From the IMG/VR virus record IMGVR_UViG_3300044712_000557, positions 1-64,000 of that record: a DNA stretch of 64,000 nt; one strand, 5' to 3'. Below, one piece after another: positions 38,057 through 46,161 of the stretch (positions are counted from its first letter, which is position 1; each line of letters opens with the position of its first letter). The notes beneath the pieces were generated by a model. That model was given only the letters and a program-made list of their open reading frames with translations, was not told the origin of the DNA and ran no database searches. This DNA is from a virus. The translations under genes and the position numbers were made by a program.

Positions 38057-38130
38057 GGGCTCTTAGTGAAACAGCATAACGCCTGCCTGATTAGCGGGAG
38101 TTCGCGGTGCGAATCCGTGAGAGCCTACCA
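38057..38130 (+). tRNA. tRNA-Ile(GAT)
   Basis: CCTGC-CT-GAT-TA-GCGGG; U37. Confidence 0.8.
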
Positions 38131-38136
38131 CTTCGT

Positions 38137-38212
38137 GCCGGTAAGGTGTCGAAGGAGACGCGCTCGCCTCGTAAGCGAGAGATGGCGGGTTCGATCCCCG
38201 TAACCGGCTCCA
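38137..38212 (+). tRNA. tRNA-Thr(CGT)
   Basis: CTCGC-CT-CGT-AA-GCGAG. Confidence 0.85.
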
Positions 38213-38216
38213 TCTC

Positions 38217-38368
38217 GGTGAGGGGCTGTGTTCGGCGTCTCGACAGTAAGAGACATGTGGTGCGGACACACCTGAGTTGCCCAGAGCGGATAAACACCGC
38301 CATGTATGGTAGCTTGGCACAGCGTAAAACGAAGGCGTCACTGCACGCCAACCTCACCTTTTCTTTTT
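38217..38368 (+). ncRNA. unidentified ~140-nt structured RNA ending in a T tract
   Basis: GGTGAGG/CCTCACC closing stem + TTTTCTTTTT; inner GCTGTGTT/GGCACAGC. Confidence 0.45.
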
Positions 38369-38400
38369 CGAGTCACGATCCGCAGACTCAAAGACCTTAA

Positions 38401-38476
38401 GCCGACTTAGCAATGACAGTTCATGCGCCCGCCTGAAGAGCGGGATATGTTGGGGCGGCACCAACAGTCGGCACCA
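38401..38476 (+). tRNA. tRNA-Phe(GAA)
   Basis: GCCGACT/AGTCGGC; CT-GAA-GA; T loop GGCGGCA. Confidence 0.8.
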
Positions 38477-38838
38477 TTCTACGGGCCTTGGCCCAGCATA
38501 TTCTGGGATGATCGATCTCAACGCAGATACCTCTCGGTGACAATTCTGCGGGTCCACCAGTTCGCCATGTGGGATCGCGAAAGGGTGGCGGAAAACCCGG
38601 AACCGCCAGCAAGAGTAACCTTAGGCGCGTGAAAGCTTCATGCTCGATATGGATGGCTGGGGCCAATGATAGGTTGCGACGACGGCTTACTTCTAGTGCC
38701 CCACATGGCACATCTCTATGGGACAGAAGACTCGCTGTTGTGTTCGTAAGCGTCAAGGATGGTACCGTCCTGAGCTACTACGGCACGATGGAGATCAGAA
38801 GACATCGTGGGGTAGGACCACACTGTCCCTCAATTCTT

Positions 38839-38909
38839 GCCGGTCGAGCTAGGCTCAGAGCGGTCCTGTAAACCGCCCTTGCTCGGTGCGATACCGAGGA
38901 CCGGCTCCA
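38839..38909 (+). tRNA. tRNA-Thr(TGT), minimal D arm
   Basis: GCCGGTC/GACCGGC; GCGGT-CC-TGT-AA-ACCGC. Confidence 0.7.
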
Positions 38910-38913
38910 CTTC

Positions 38914-38988
38914 GGGGTCATACGCCAACGGCTAAGCGGACTGCCTTTCAAGCAGTTGATGAGGGTTCAATTCCCTCTGACCCTACCA
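38914..38988 (+). tRNA. tRNA-Glu(TTC)
   Basis: ACTGC-CT-TTC-AA-GCAGT. Confidence 0.9.
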
Positions 38989-39069
38989 TCTATGCCGGGA
39001 AGAGCAACGCTGGACGGCACGGCTACCGCAATGGTCGGCTGCATAGGATCCAGCCCCGGCACCATCTGT

Positions 39070-39146
39070 CCTCCCGTAGCCCTAAGGATAGGGCACCAGC
39101 CCCCGAAGCTGGAGCTTAGTGGGTTCGATTCCCACCGGGAGTACCA
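39070..39146 (+). tRNA. tRNA-Arg(CCG)
   Basis: CCAGC-CC-CCG-AA-GCTGG; A20. Confidence 0.85.
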
Positions 39147-39212
39147 TCCAAAGGAGTCGCAATGAGCAACGGAGGAACGTCATGCTTATGTAGCTAAGGA
39201 GGCTACCCAAGC

Positions 39213-39383
39213 ATGGCTGCTTCGAACGATCGTTCCGCGAAGGACAAGCAGATGGCTGCGCGTCTGAAGGCTGAAGGTGATGACCGGCACATCGGCCGCT
39301 GCTGCATCTGCTACCGTATCATCTCCAACGGCGCTGCGTGCGAGAACCACTACGGTGCTCACGCGCGTGGTGCTAGCGACTAA
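39213..39383 (+). CDS. small Cys/His protein (56 aa)
   Basis: AAGGAGG RBS; MAASNDRSAKD..RCCICYR..NHYGAH. Confidence 0.6.
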   Translation: MAASNDRSAKDKQMAARLKAEGDDRHIGRCCICYRIISNGAACENHYGAHARGASD

Positions 39384-39439
39384 GCAGTATAGCTGCGGGC
39401 GACAGCTAAGTGGGGCTCATGCCGCCACATCGCCCTCAT

Positions 39440-39516
39440 GGCCCATTCGTTCAACTGGATGAGGATACCGGGCTACGAACCCGGAGATTGCAGTTCGAAT
39501 CTGCAGTGGGCCACCA
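39440..39516 (+). tRNA. tRNA-Arg(ACG)
   Basis: CCGGG-CT-ACG-AA-CCCGG. Confidence 0.9.
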
Positions 39517-39520
39517 TCTT

Positions 39521-39595
39521 GGCGCTATAGCTCAACGGACAGAGCGCGAGTTTCCTAAACTCAAGGTCCGAGTTCGACTCTCGGTAGCGCCTCCA
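39521..39595 (+). tRNA. tRNA-Arg(CCT)
   Basis: TT-CCT-AA; canonical arms; CCA. Confidence 0.9.
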
Positions 39596-39792
39596 ACCTA
39601 GGAGCATATGGAACACCCAAGTGGATTCCCAATGAGTTCTTCGTTCTCCGTTGCTGTCAGAGTGCAAGATGACAATGGAGTCACCATCAAGCAAGAGCAG
39701 TTCTCGCTGACTGGCTACTTCAAGGACTCCTCCGAGATGTTAGCTAAAGCAGTCGAGTGGACGGACAAACAGAAGAGAGAAGCTAGAGAGTA

Positions 39793-40338
39793 ATGGACTC
39801 AGAGACAAAGGCCGGGTTGAGCGTGATCCTTGGAACCTTCCTCGCAGTCATCCTGCTGTCGTGGGTGGTCCAGGGAAACGACTGCTGGATGTTCAAGATC
39901 TTCGCACCGAAGTACGAGCAGCAGGAGATTCTTCTAAAGGAGGCAGCCGCCCAGACCGGGATGCCTGCTATTGCAAACTTCCGAGAGCGCAAGCTTCTCA
40001 AGGACATCATCGAGCTTCGTGACCAGAACGGGCTCGTGACCTATACGTACGTTTGGAACGAGTTCAATGGAAAGATGGTATTCTTCTGCGATAGCATCGG
40101 GTATGGAATCCCGTACGCTACGCAGTACACTTCCCCGGAGAAGATGGTCGGATACAACAGTGCGCCGGCCGTGGTTCCCCAGGCAGATCCCAACGGGCTC
40201 TTCTCCCCGGCATCAGCCGAGGGCACCTGGGTCATGTGTAAGAACCCCAACGGAAAGGAAGTGCGCCCTGTTTACGTAGAACCGCGCATCATCGTCTCCC
40301 CGTTCCCACTGACGAAACAGCCAGCGGAGCAGAACTAG
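39793..40338 (+). CDS. conserved phage membrane-anchored protein
   Basis: N-terminal TM; SIGYGIPYATQYTSP, PQADPNGLFSP, YVEP. Confidence 0.65.
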   Translation: MDSETKAGLSVILGTFLAVILLSWVVQGNDCWMFKIFAPKYEQQEILLKEAAAQTGMPAIANFRERKLLKDIIELRDQNGLVTYTYVWNEFNGKMVFFCDSIGYGIPYATQYTSPEKMVGYNSAPAVVPQADPNGLFSPASAEGTWVMCKNPNGKEVRPVYVEPRIIVSPFPLTKQPAEQN

Positions 40339-40422
40339 AATCAACAGGGTCTGTTGATTCACAGCGAGTGTCGAGAAATCAACCGGTCGTGCGCTGTGAC
40401 CGTACTCGCGACAGCGCGCCAT

Positions 40423-40500
40423 GGCCCCTTGGTGTAACCCGGACAAGCATACTTGGCTTCTAACCTTGAGGCGACAGTTCGAATCTGTCAGGGGCCTCCA
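40423..40500 (+). tRNA. tRNA-Arg(TCT)
   Basis: CT-TCT-AA; weak anticodon stem; CCA. Confidence 0.75.
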
Positions 40501-40506
40501 TCTTTC

Positions 40507-40600
40507 AGTGGCGTAGTGTATGGCAGCACGGGGGGACTTATAAACCCTATAGCGCCAGATTAGCGCACCGGATTGGGTTCGATTCCCAACGCCACTACCA
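40507..40600 (+). tRNA. tRNA with TAT (Ile) anticodon and long variable arm
   Basis: AGTGGCG/CGCCACT; CT-TAT-AA; V-arm GCGC-CAGATTA-GCGC. Confidence 0.7.
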
Positions 40601-40601
40601 T

Positions 40602-40692
40602 GGAAGGGATGATCGAGTTGGCAGATCACCTACCTGCTAAGTAGGACAGCCCTCATAAGGCTGCGAGAGTTCGATTCTCTCCCCTTCCGCCA
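40602..40692 (+). tRNA. tRNA-Ser(GCT)
   Basis: CCTAC-CT-GCT-AA-GTAGG; long V arm; G73. Confidence 0.9.
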
Positions 40693-40705
40693 CCTTAGTG
40701 AGACT

Positions 40706-41068
40706 ATGGAAAAACCAAGGCGTCTTCTGTTTTCGGTCACGGCGAAGGACTTAGATATCCAGACCTTCTGTACGGGTGGCAATGGAGGCCAGCACAGGAA
40801 CGCCAAGCAGAATGGCGTACGACTCATCCATCGGGCCTCAGGAGCCCGCGCAGAGCATCGGGACGGACGGGACCAGGGGAAGAACCGCAGGGAGGCCTTC
40901 CTGAAGCTCCTAGAGACTCCAGAGTGGAAGGCGTGGTCGAAGATGGAAGTCTCCAGAAGGCTAGGACTGATCACTGCGGCTGAGAATGCTGTAGAGGAAG
41001 CCATGGCAGCTCCCAACCTACGTATCGAGGTTAAGGGAGACGACGGCACATGGCACGAGATTGAATAA
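40706..41068 (+). CDS. stand-alone GGQ release-factor domain (ArfB/PrfH-like peptidyl-tRNA hydrolase)
   Basis: TGGNGGQHRNA..GVRLIH..RDQGKNRREA. Confidence 0.85.
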   Translation: MEKPRRLLFSVTAKDLDIQTFCTGGNGGQHRNAKQNGVRLIHRASGARAEHRDGRDQGKNRREAFLKLLETPEWKAWSKMEVSRRLGLITAAENAVEEAMAAPNLRIEVKGDDGTWHEIE

Positions 41069-41069
41069 C

Positions 41070-41143
41070 GGTAGGCATGCTTAGGGACATAGCCGAGATT
41101 CGAACCTTTGGCTAGCTGGGTTCGAATCCCAGGCCTACCGCCA
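41070..41143 (+). tRNA. atypical tRNA, CGA (Ser) anticodon, no variable arm
   Basis: GGTAGGC/GCCTACC-G-CCA; extended anticodon stem; TT-CGA-AC. Confidence 0.6.
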
Positions 41144-41370
41144 TCTTAAGGAGAAACGATGTGTTGCTGTAGATGTAGCCGTGCGCACGACGAGGCTATT
41201 GCCGACATGGTTCTGGCGGAAGCTATCCTGACGGAGCATGCCTTTCGGGCTATGCACCCAAACCTCCACCCAGCCGTTGAGGAAAGGATGATTAGGCTGG
41301 GCAGCCTTATCTCTCCTGGCCTCAATGAGTCGATGCTGGCCTATCTTACCAAGCTGTGGAGACTAGCTAA

Positions 41371-41655
41371 GTGAAAGACTTCCTAGGAAAAGAGATCACG
41401 GTCGGATGCCTGATCGCGTATCCGGCGCGCATGAGTTCTTCAGTCTGGATGAACGTCGCGCGAGTCGTTGGATTTAGCACACGCAAGGATACCTGGGCTA
41501 GGAAGAACGTTCCATCTCTCAAGCTGAAGCGCGTGTCTAGCACAGACAGCTACTTCAAGCCTGGGACCACCACAGAGATCTACGCCCTCGACAACGTACT
41601 CGTGCTTGAGGAGGCAGATGTCCCGAAGCAAGAAGAGGCCGTACACCAAGAGTAA
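41371..41655 (+). CDS. hypothetical protein
   Basis: MKDFLGKEITVGCLIAYP, a common phage N-terminus. Confidence 0.6.
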   Translation: MKDFLGKEITVGCLIAYPARMSSSVWMNVARVVGFSTRKDTWARKNVPSLKLKRVSSTDSYFKPGTTTEIYALDNVLVLEEADVPKQEEAVHQE

Positions 41656-41795
41656 GCGCTTCGACGCGACATGTCGTAGCCATGGCGGTTGCCCGTACTG
41701 CCAGGGGAATCGAAAGCATTCGACCAATCGTAGGAGCTATCCATTGCGGGCAGAGGTAGCCGAAGGCGTTTGGTCATTTGAGGAGTGGCAAGCTA

Positions 41796-42497
41796 GTGAA
41801 GAAGGGTGCAACCGAGATTGTTGTCGTACTCGACCGTTCGGGGTCGATGCAGAGCACGAAGACTGACGCAGAGGGCGGCCTGAAGGCATTCGTGGAGAAG
41901 CAGCGAGAACTTCCCGGCGAGTGCGTGCTGACCCTGTATCGATTTGACGATACGATCGAGCGCGTCTTTGAGGAGAAGCCTCTGGTACGAGTCGAGCCAT
42001 ACGACCTCCAGTTGGTCCCTAGGGGTTCTACGGCCCTCCTAGACGCCATGGATCGAGCCATCGATGAGGTGGGATCGCGTCTCGCTCGTCGTGCCGACTA
42101 TGATCGTCCAGAGTTCATCTACTTCGTGACGATCACAGATGGCTACGAGAACGCCTCCAGGAAGGCCTCTCCCGCCAGCGTCTTCGATAAGGTTACGCAT
42201 CAGCGTGACAAGTACGGCTGGCAGTTCGTCTTCATCGGTGCCAACCAGGACGCTATCGCCACGGCTTCGAAGCTGGGTATCGGGGCGCAGTACTCCCTTA
42301 CATATCGTGATAGCTCCATGGGTACCAAGAGTGCTTACAACAGCATGAGCGACGGCATCCTGCGTTCTCGCCAGCTTGGCGGGCAGGCTGTGTGCTTTAC
42401 CGCTCAGGAGCGCACGGAGGCCATGGCCAGCGATGACGACATCAAGGCTCTTAAGACGACCTTCGGAACATCGAGTGTGACAACTCCAAGAAAGTAA
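41796..42497 (+). CDS. vWA-domain protein
   Basis: VLDRSGSM MIDAS, GSTALLDA, ITDGYENAS, FIGANQDA. Confidence 0.85.
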   Translation: MKKGATEIVVVLDRSGSMQSTKTDAEGGLKAFVEKQRELPGECVLTLYRFDDTIERVFEEKPLVRVEPYDLQLVPRGSTALLDAMDRAIDEVGSRLARRADYDRPEFIYFVTITDGYENASRKASPASVFDKVTHQRDKYGWQFVFIGANQDAIATASKLGIGAQYSLTYRDSSMGTKSAYNSMSDGILRSRQLGGQAVCFTAQERTEAMASDDDIKALKTTFGTSSVTTPRK

Positions 42498-42498
42498 C

Positions 42499-43020
42499 GT
42501 GATGGCCTCAAAATGGAAGACTCTCAGCGGGGAGAACATCGCTGACATCGTGCAGTTCCTGAAGGACTCTAACCGCCATGGTCAGATCCTTCACGTTGGT
42601 ACAGACTCGCTGCAGACTGGAAGGTACACGCAGTTTGTGACTGTCGTGGTCCTGCTGAACCCCAGGCGTGATGGGGTGGGATCTGGCGGCAGGGTCTTTT
42701 ATCAGAGAGACATCGTTCCCCGCATCAACTCACTACGCGAGCGGCTTACTAAGGAAGTTTGGAAGTCGCTCGACCTTGCCATGCAACTGCCTGAGTTTGA
42801 CTTGACTGTGCATATCGATGCCAACCCATCGGAGAAGCATATGTCCAGCAAGTACCTGCAGGAGCTGGTTGGGATGGTCGTAGGGCAAGGGTTCAAGGCG
42901 CTGTGGAAGCCAGATAGCTGGGCCGCAACGCATGCCGCCGACCACGTCGTACGAATCAAAGGGAGACTGCCGAGCACTGGTGCTCAACTGGGCTTGAACC
43001 CCAGGGTAGCCACTGGCTAG
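42499..43020 (+). CDS. RNase H-like YkuK-family protein
   Basis: VGTDS, EVWKS, HIDAN, AADH. Confidence 0.8.
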   Translation: MMASKWKTLSGENIADIVQFLKDSNRHGQILHVGTDSLQTGRYTQFVTVVVLLNPRRDGVGSGGRVFYQRDIVPRINSLRERLTKEVWKSLDLAMQLPEFDLTVHIDANPSEKHMSSKYLQELVGMVVGQGFKALWKPDSWAATHAADHVVRIKGRLPSTGAQLGLNPRVATG

Positions 43021-43046
43021 GGGTTCGATCCCTCCAGTCTCCGCCA
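42962..43046 (+). tRNA. tRNA-Ser(TGA), probable 8/4 fold
   Basis: GGAGACTG/CAGTCTCC; CT-TGA-AC; V arm; 4-bp T stem. Confidence 0.8.
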
Positions 43047-43193
43047 CTCTAAGAGCGCCACAAACTATCTGGTTCCAATGGGGTCTACGTTGTGGCCCGG
43101 CGCTGAACCCTGCAATCCCCTCTAAGCGGGGAATAATGTCCGCATCCCCCTGGGAAGCTTAGCTCTGCAGGGGGCTTTCCTTACTGAGGCGTA

Positions 43194-43622
43194 ATGCTTG
43201 TTGGAATAGTCGGCGTCGAAGCAGCAAAGCTGGACGCCCCAACCAAAGAGAGAGCGCTGATCAGGCTAGAGCAGATCATCTCTAGCCCACATACATCTCT
43301 CGTCGTGAGCGGGCATTGCCATCTAGGGGGGATTGACATACTCGCCGAGGAGACAGCAGCAAGGCTAGGCAAGCCTTTCCTGATCTTCCCTCCCAAGAAC
43401 TTGCAGTGGTCCACTGGCTACATGCCTCGCAATCTACAGATCGTCAAGTTCAGCGATGTCGTCATCTGCCTAACGGTCAAGGAGCTTCCTGAAGGCTACG
43501 ACGGGATGCGCTTCGACCTCTGCTACCATTGCGGGACTAAGGAGCATATCAAGAGCGGGGGATGCTGGACCGTCAAGCAGGCAATCAAGGCAGGAAAGAA
43601 GGGACGCGTAGAGGTCATATGA
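43194..43622 (+). CDS. SLOG-superfamily (YspA/DprA-like) protein
   Basis: VGIVG, VVSG...GGID, RNLQIV, SGGCWT. Confidence 0.65.
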   Translation: MLVGIVGVEAAKLDAPTKERALIRLEQIISSPHTSLVVSGHCHLGGIDILAEETAARLGKPFLIFPPKNLQWSTGYMPRNLQIVKFSDVVICLTVKELPEGYDGMRFDLCYHCGTKEHIKSGGCWTVKQAIKAGKKGRVEVI

Positions 43623-43942
43623 GCGATGACTTGGATTACGAACAGTTAGACCCTGGGATCATAGGACTCGTAGCTCTCCTGCGCGCCCATGGGTTCGAAA
43701 CGACTGACTCTGGCGATGGAGTGAGCAAGAAGGCCAAGGGGATCGATGATGCATTGCCCTACCCTCACGTCTTCTGCGTGGTCGACCCAGATAGACTCGT
43801 CATCGAGGCTAAGAGAGCTTGGCACACGTTGAACGTCTATCCAGAGTACGAAGATCTCTCTATCGAGGCTAGCTACAGCCCCGATGACAACGCTGCGATT
43901 CTTGCCATCTATGGCAACGTCGTCTCTGGTGGGAGCTTGTAG
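43619..43942 (+). CDS. hypothetical protein
   Basis: LDPGI..LRAHGFETTDSGDG. Confidence 0.6.
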   Translation: MSDDLDYEQLDPGIIGLVALLRAHGFETTDSGDGVSKKAKGIDDALPYPHVFCVVDPDRLVIEAKRAWHTLNVYPEYEDLSIEASYSPDDNAAILAIYGNVVSGGSL

Positions 43943-43999
43943 GACAGAGGCGGGCTTGGAAAGCTCGCCGTTCGGGTTCGACTCCCGATCCCACCGCCA
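43928..43999 (+). tRNA. atypical tRNA, GGA (Ser) anticodon, no variable arm
   Basis: GGTGGGA/TCCCACC-G-CCA; GCGGGC-TT-GGA-AA-GCTCGC; 3-nt variable loop. Confidence 0.7.
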
Positions 44000-44066
44000 C
44001 TCTCGTGGCCATGATAGTTATCGTGGCCATGTTCGAAGTTACTGAACGATCCGCGAAGTTGAACAT

Positions 44067-44143
44067 GTGGATGTCGCCAAGAGGCTCAAGGCGCTAGGCT
44101 GCAACCCTAGTATTCGGTGGTTCAAATCCACTCATCCACTCCA
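44067..44143 (+). tRNA. tRNA-Cys(GCA)
   Basis: CTAGG-CT-GCA-AC-CCTAG; U73. Confidence 0.9.
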
Positions 44144-44144
44144 C

Positions 44145-44219
44145 AGGGCCTTGGCCGAGAGGACTAGGCAGCGGGCTTTGACCCCGCTAAGACAGGTTCG
44201 ATTCCTGTAGGCCCTGCCA
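44145..44219 (+). tRNA. tRNA-Gln(TTG)
   Basis: GCGGG-CT-TTG-AC-CCCGC; G73. Confidence 0.9.
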
Positions 44220-44405
44220 ACCTCCCAGAAAGAAGGCTATACGTGTCTGCTGTGTCTGGCCCCGTTGATATGAGGATGCGTCTCTCTGAGCTAGAGAATG
44301 AATGGATGGACCGCGATACGATCTCGCTGGGGTTCCTGGCGAGGGCGCTGTTCCTGATAGCCGCGATCCTCATCTTGATCCTAGAGTCTATGCAGGAGAA
44401 GCAGT

Positions 44406-44759
44406 ATGTGTGAAGACTGCGTCGAAGCCGATGCGGAGCGTGATCGACTGGAGTTAGAGCGTCAGCTAGTCGACCTTCTTGAGAAGTACGAAGCTGCCAA
44501 CAGCAAGCTTGAATCTGCCGAGTCTAGAGCTTCTACCCTGGAGGCTGCCCTGCGAGGCGTACACGGGGTCGTACTTGACGATGGCTATGAGGTCAATGTA
44601 GCCGACCTAAAGGGACGCCTAGACGAGATCGCCGATCTCCATCAGCCGTTAGAGCTTCACGGGGAGATCCTCGTAGACAACTGTGGTCGGTCGAAGTGTG
44701 GGGGGTGCCTAGGAGTTTGGCCCTGCGCGACTGATAGTCTTCTCCACCGAGAGCCTTAA
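44406..44759 (+). CDS. hypothetical protein
   Basis: AGGAG RBS; coiled coil; CGGC..WPC.T. Confidence 0.6.
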   Translation: MCEDCVEADAERDRLELERQLVDLLEKYEAANSKLESAESRASTLEAALRGVHGVVLDDGYEVNVADLKGRLDEIADLHQPLELHGEILVDNCGRSKCGGCLGVWPCATDSLLHREP

Positions 44760-44910
44760 TCCGCACCTCGCCCCCTCCTTTTCGTAGATCGATCAGGCCC
44801 GCATGATATGTGGGCCTCATTCGATAGGCGAAATCGTCTACGATACACATCCAATATCGGAGTGTACATCCTCAGCGAGGCGCATTAGCGGAGAACTCTT
44901 GCTAAGCGGC

Positions 44911-44945
44911 AAGGGGCGGGAAGAGGGATCCTCCCGCCCCTTTTT
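44911..44945 (+). terminator. intrinsic terminator at the convergence of the two transcription units
   Basis: AAGGGGCGGGA..TCCCGCCCCTTTTT. Confidence 0.75.
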
Positions 44946-45558
44946 ACTATCGTCGTGGACCGTTGACGATAATAGGCCCCGGTCGATGCTGGGTCTTGTC
45001 GAATGGAGATTCCTTGGGGGCATAGATTCCACCACCGCCCATCGGATTCCCATCCCTGTCCAGTAGAATCTCAGTACCCCCAGGCAACGTAACCTTGCTG
45101 CCCCTGATGGCGTCCAAGACCTTCCTGATTGGGCCGCTCTTGATGAACGCGCGCAGGATGTCGCCTAGTGGGAATCCCATCTCAGCAGCCCTTGCCCTTC
45201 TTGCCCTTGCCCTTACTCTTCTTCATCTCGCACCTCACCACTTCTCGATAGCCTTGAGAAGCTTCTTCTTACGCTTCTCTTTCTTGATGACCTTCTCGTC
45301 ATCCTGCTCCTCATCGAGGAGCCCCATGTCGCCCGTCACTTTGGCGACCTTCTTCTTGGGCATTGAGCTGGCCTTACCGGCTAGCTCCCCTTCCGGCCCG
45401 AAGATCTCCTCTGCTAGACTCTTTACCATGTTCTAGTCCTCAGCACTTGCAGGACGACTTGCCACAAGAGCAGGAACGAGTCTGCCCGCCCGACTTACTG
45501 CCGCCCTTGCTTGCTGCTGCCTTGACCTTCGATGCGCCCTTGCCCATTTTCGTCTCCT

Positions 45559-46161
45559 CTACTGGTTAAACCGAAACGCCGAAAGCATCCTTCTGATGCT
45601 GGCATCATCGTACTGCGGTGCGACTGCCGAAGTCTGCGTAGCTGGAACCAATGGTGTCTCTTCGCGCATTAGGCCCTGGAGCATCTTCGCAATGCGGTCT
45701 TGATGGGCCGCATCTGGTACGGAGAACTCAGGGCTTAGCTCGTCAGCAAACGGCTGCCCAGGCGCAGTCACATCAGCAATTGTACCACCCACCGTGTTGA
45801 CGTAGCCCTGAGCGCTAGGAGCCACTCCCCCAGCCCTGCGTGTCTTTCCAGGGCCGGCGTTGTAGGCAGACACAGCCTGCCTAGGATCCTTGAAGCTGTG
45901 TAGCATCTTGGCGATGTATCCCCCAGCCGCGTCGATAGCCTTGTCGGGATCCAGCATGTCACGATGCGCGTAGCCCATCTCCTTAGCGGCTGCAGGATGC
46001 ACCTGGAAGAGCCCCAGGGCCTTCCCCTGGTCACCAACGACACTAGGATCCCCCTGGCTCTCTCTCATGGCGATTGCGTACAGCAGAGACGCGGGAATGC
46101 CCAGGGGCTTCGCAGCCCTGCGGGCCATCTCTACGAGTTGATTCTGAGGGATCTCAGGCAT
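45559..46161 (-). CDS. lytic transglycosylase (SLT domain)
   Basis: AMRES, GKALGLFQV, AYNAGPG. Confidence 0.85.
   Translation of the reverse strand: MPEIPQNQLVEMARRAAKPLGIPASLLYAIAMRESQGDPSVVGDQGKALGLFQVHPAAAKEMGYAHRDMLDPDKAIDAAGGYIAKMLHSFKDPRQAVSAYNAGPGKTRRAGGVAPSAQGYVNTVGGTIADVTAPGQPFADELSPEFSVPDAAHQDRIAKMLQGLMREETPLVPATQTSAVAPQYDDASIRRMLSAFRFNQ

Noticed and set aside
38563-38709. RNase P RNA (CGGCTTA near the 3' end)
   Set aside because: No GAAAGTCC partner for P4 and too short
34425-39601. Most ORF-track ORFs across the tRNA array
   Set aside because: They run through tRNA genes on either strand without RBS or codon bias; only the two HNH genes and the 39213 ORF were kept
41796-42497. 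Ro60 homolog partnering the Y-like RNAs
   Set aside because: Stand-alone vWA domain without the TROVE RNA-binding ring
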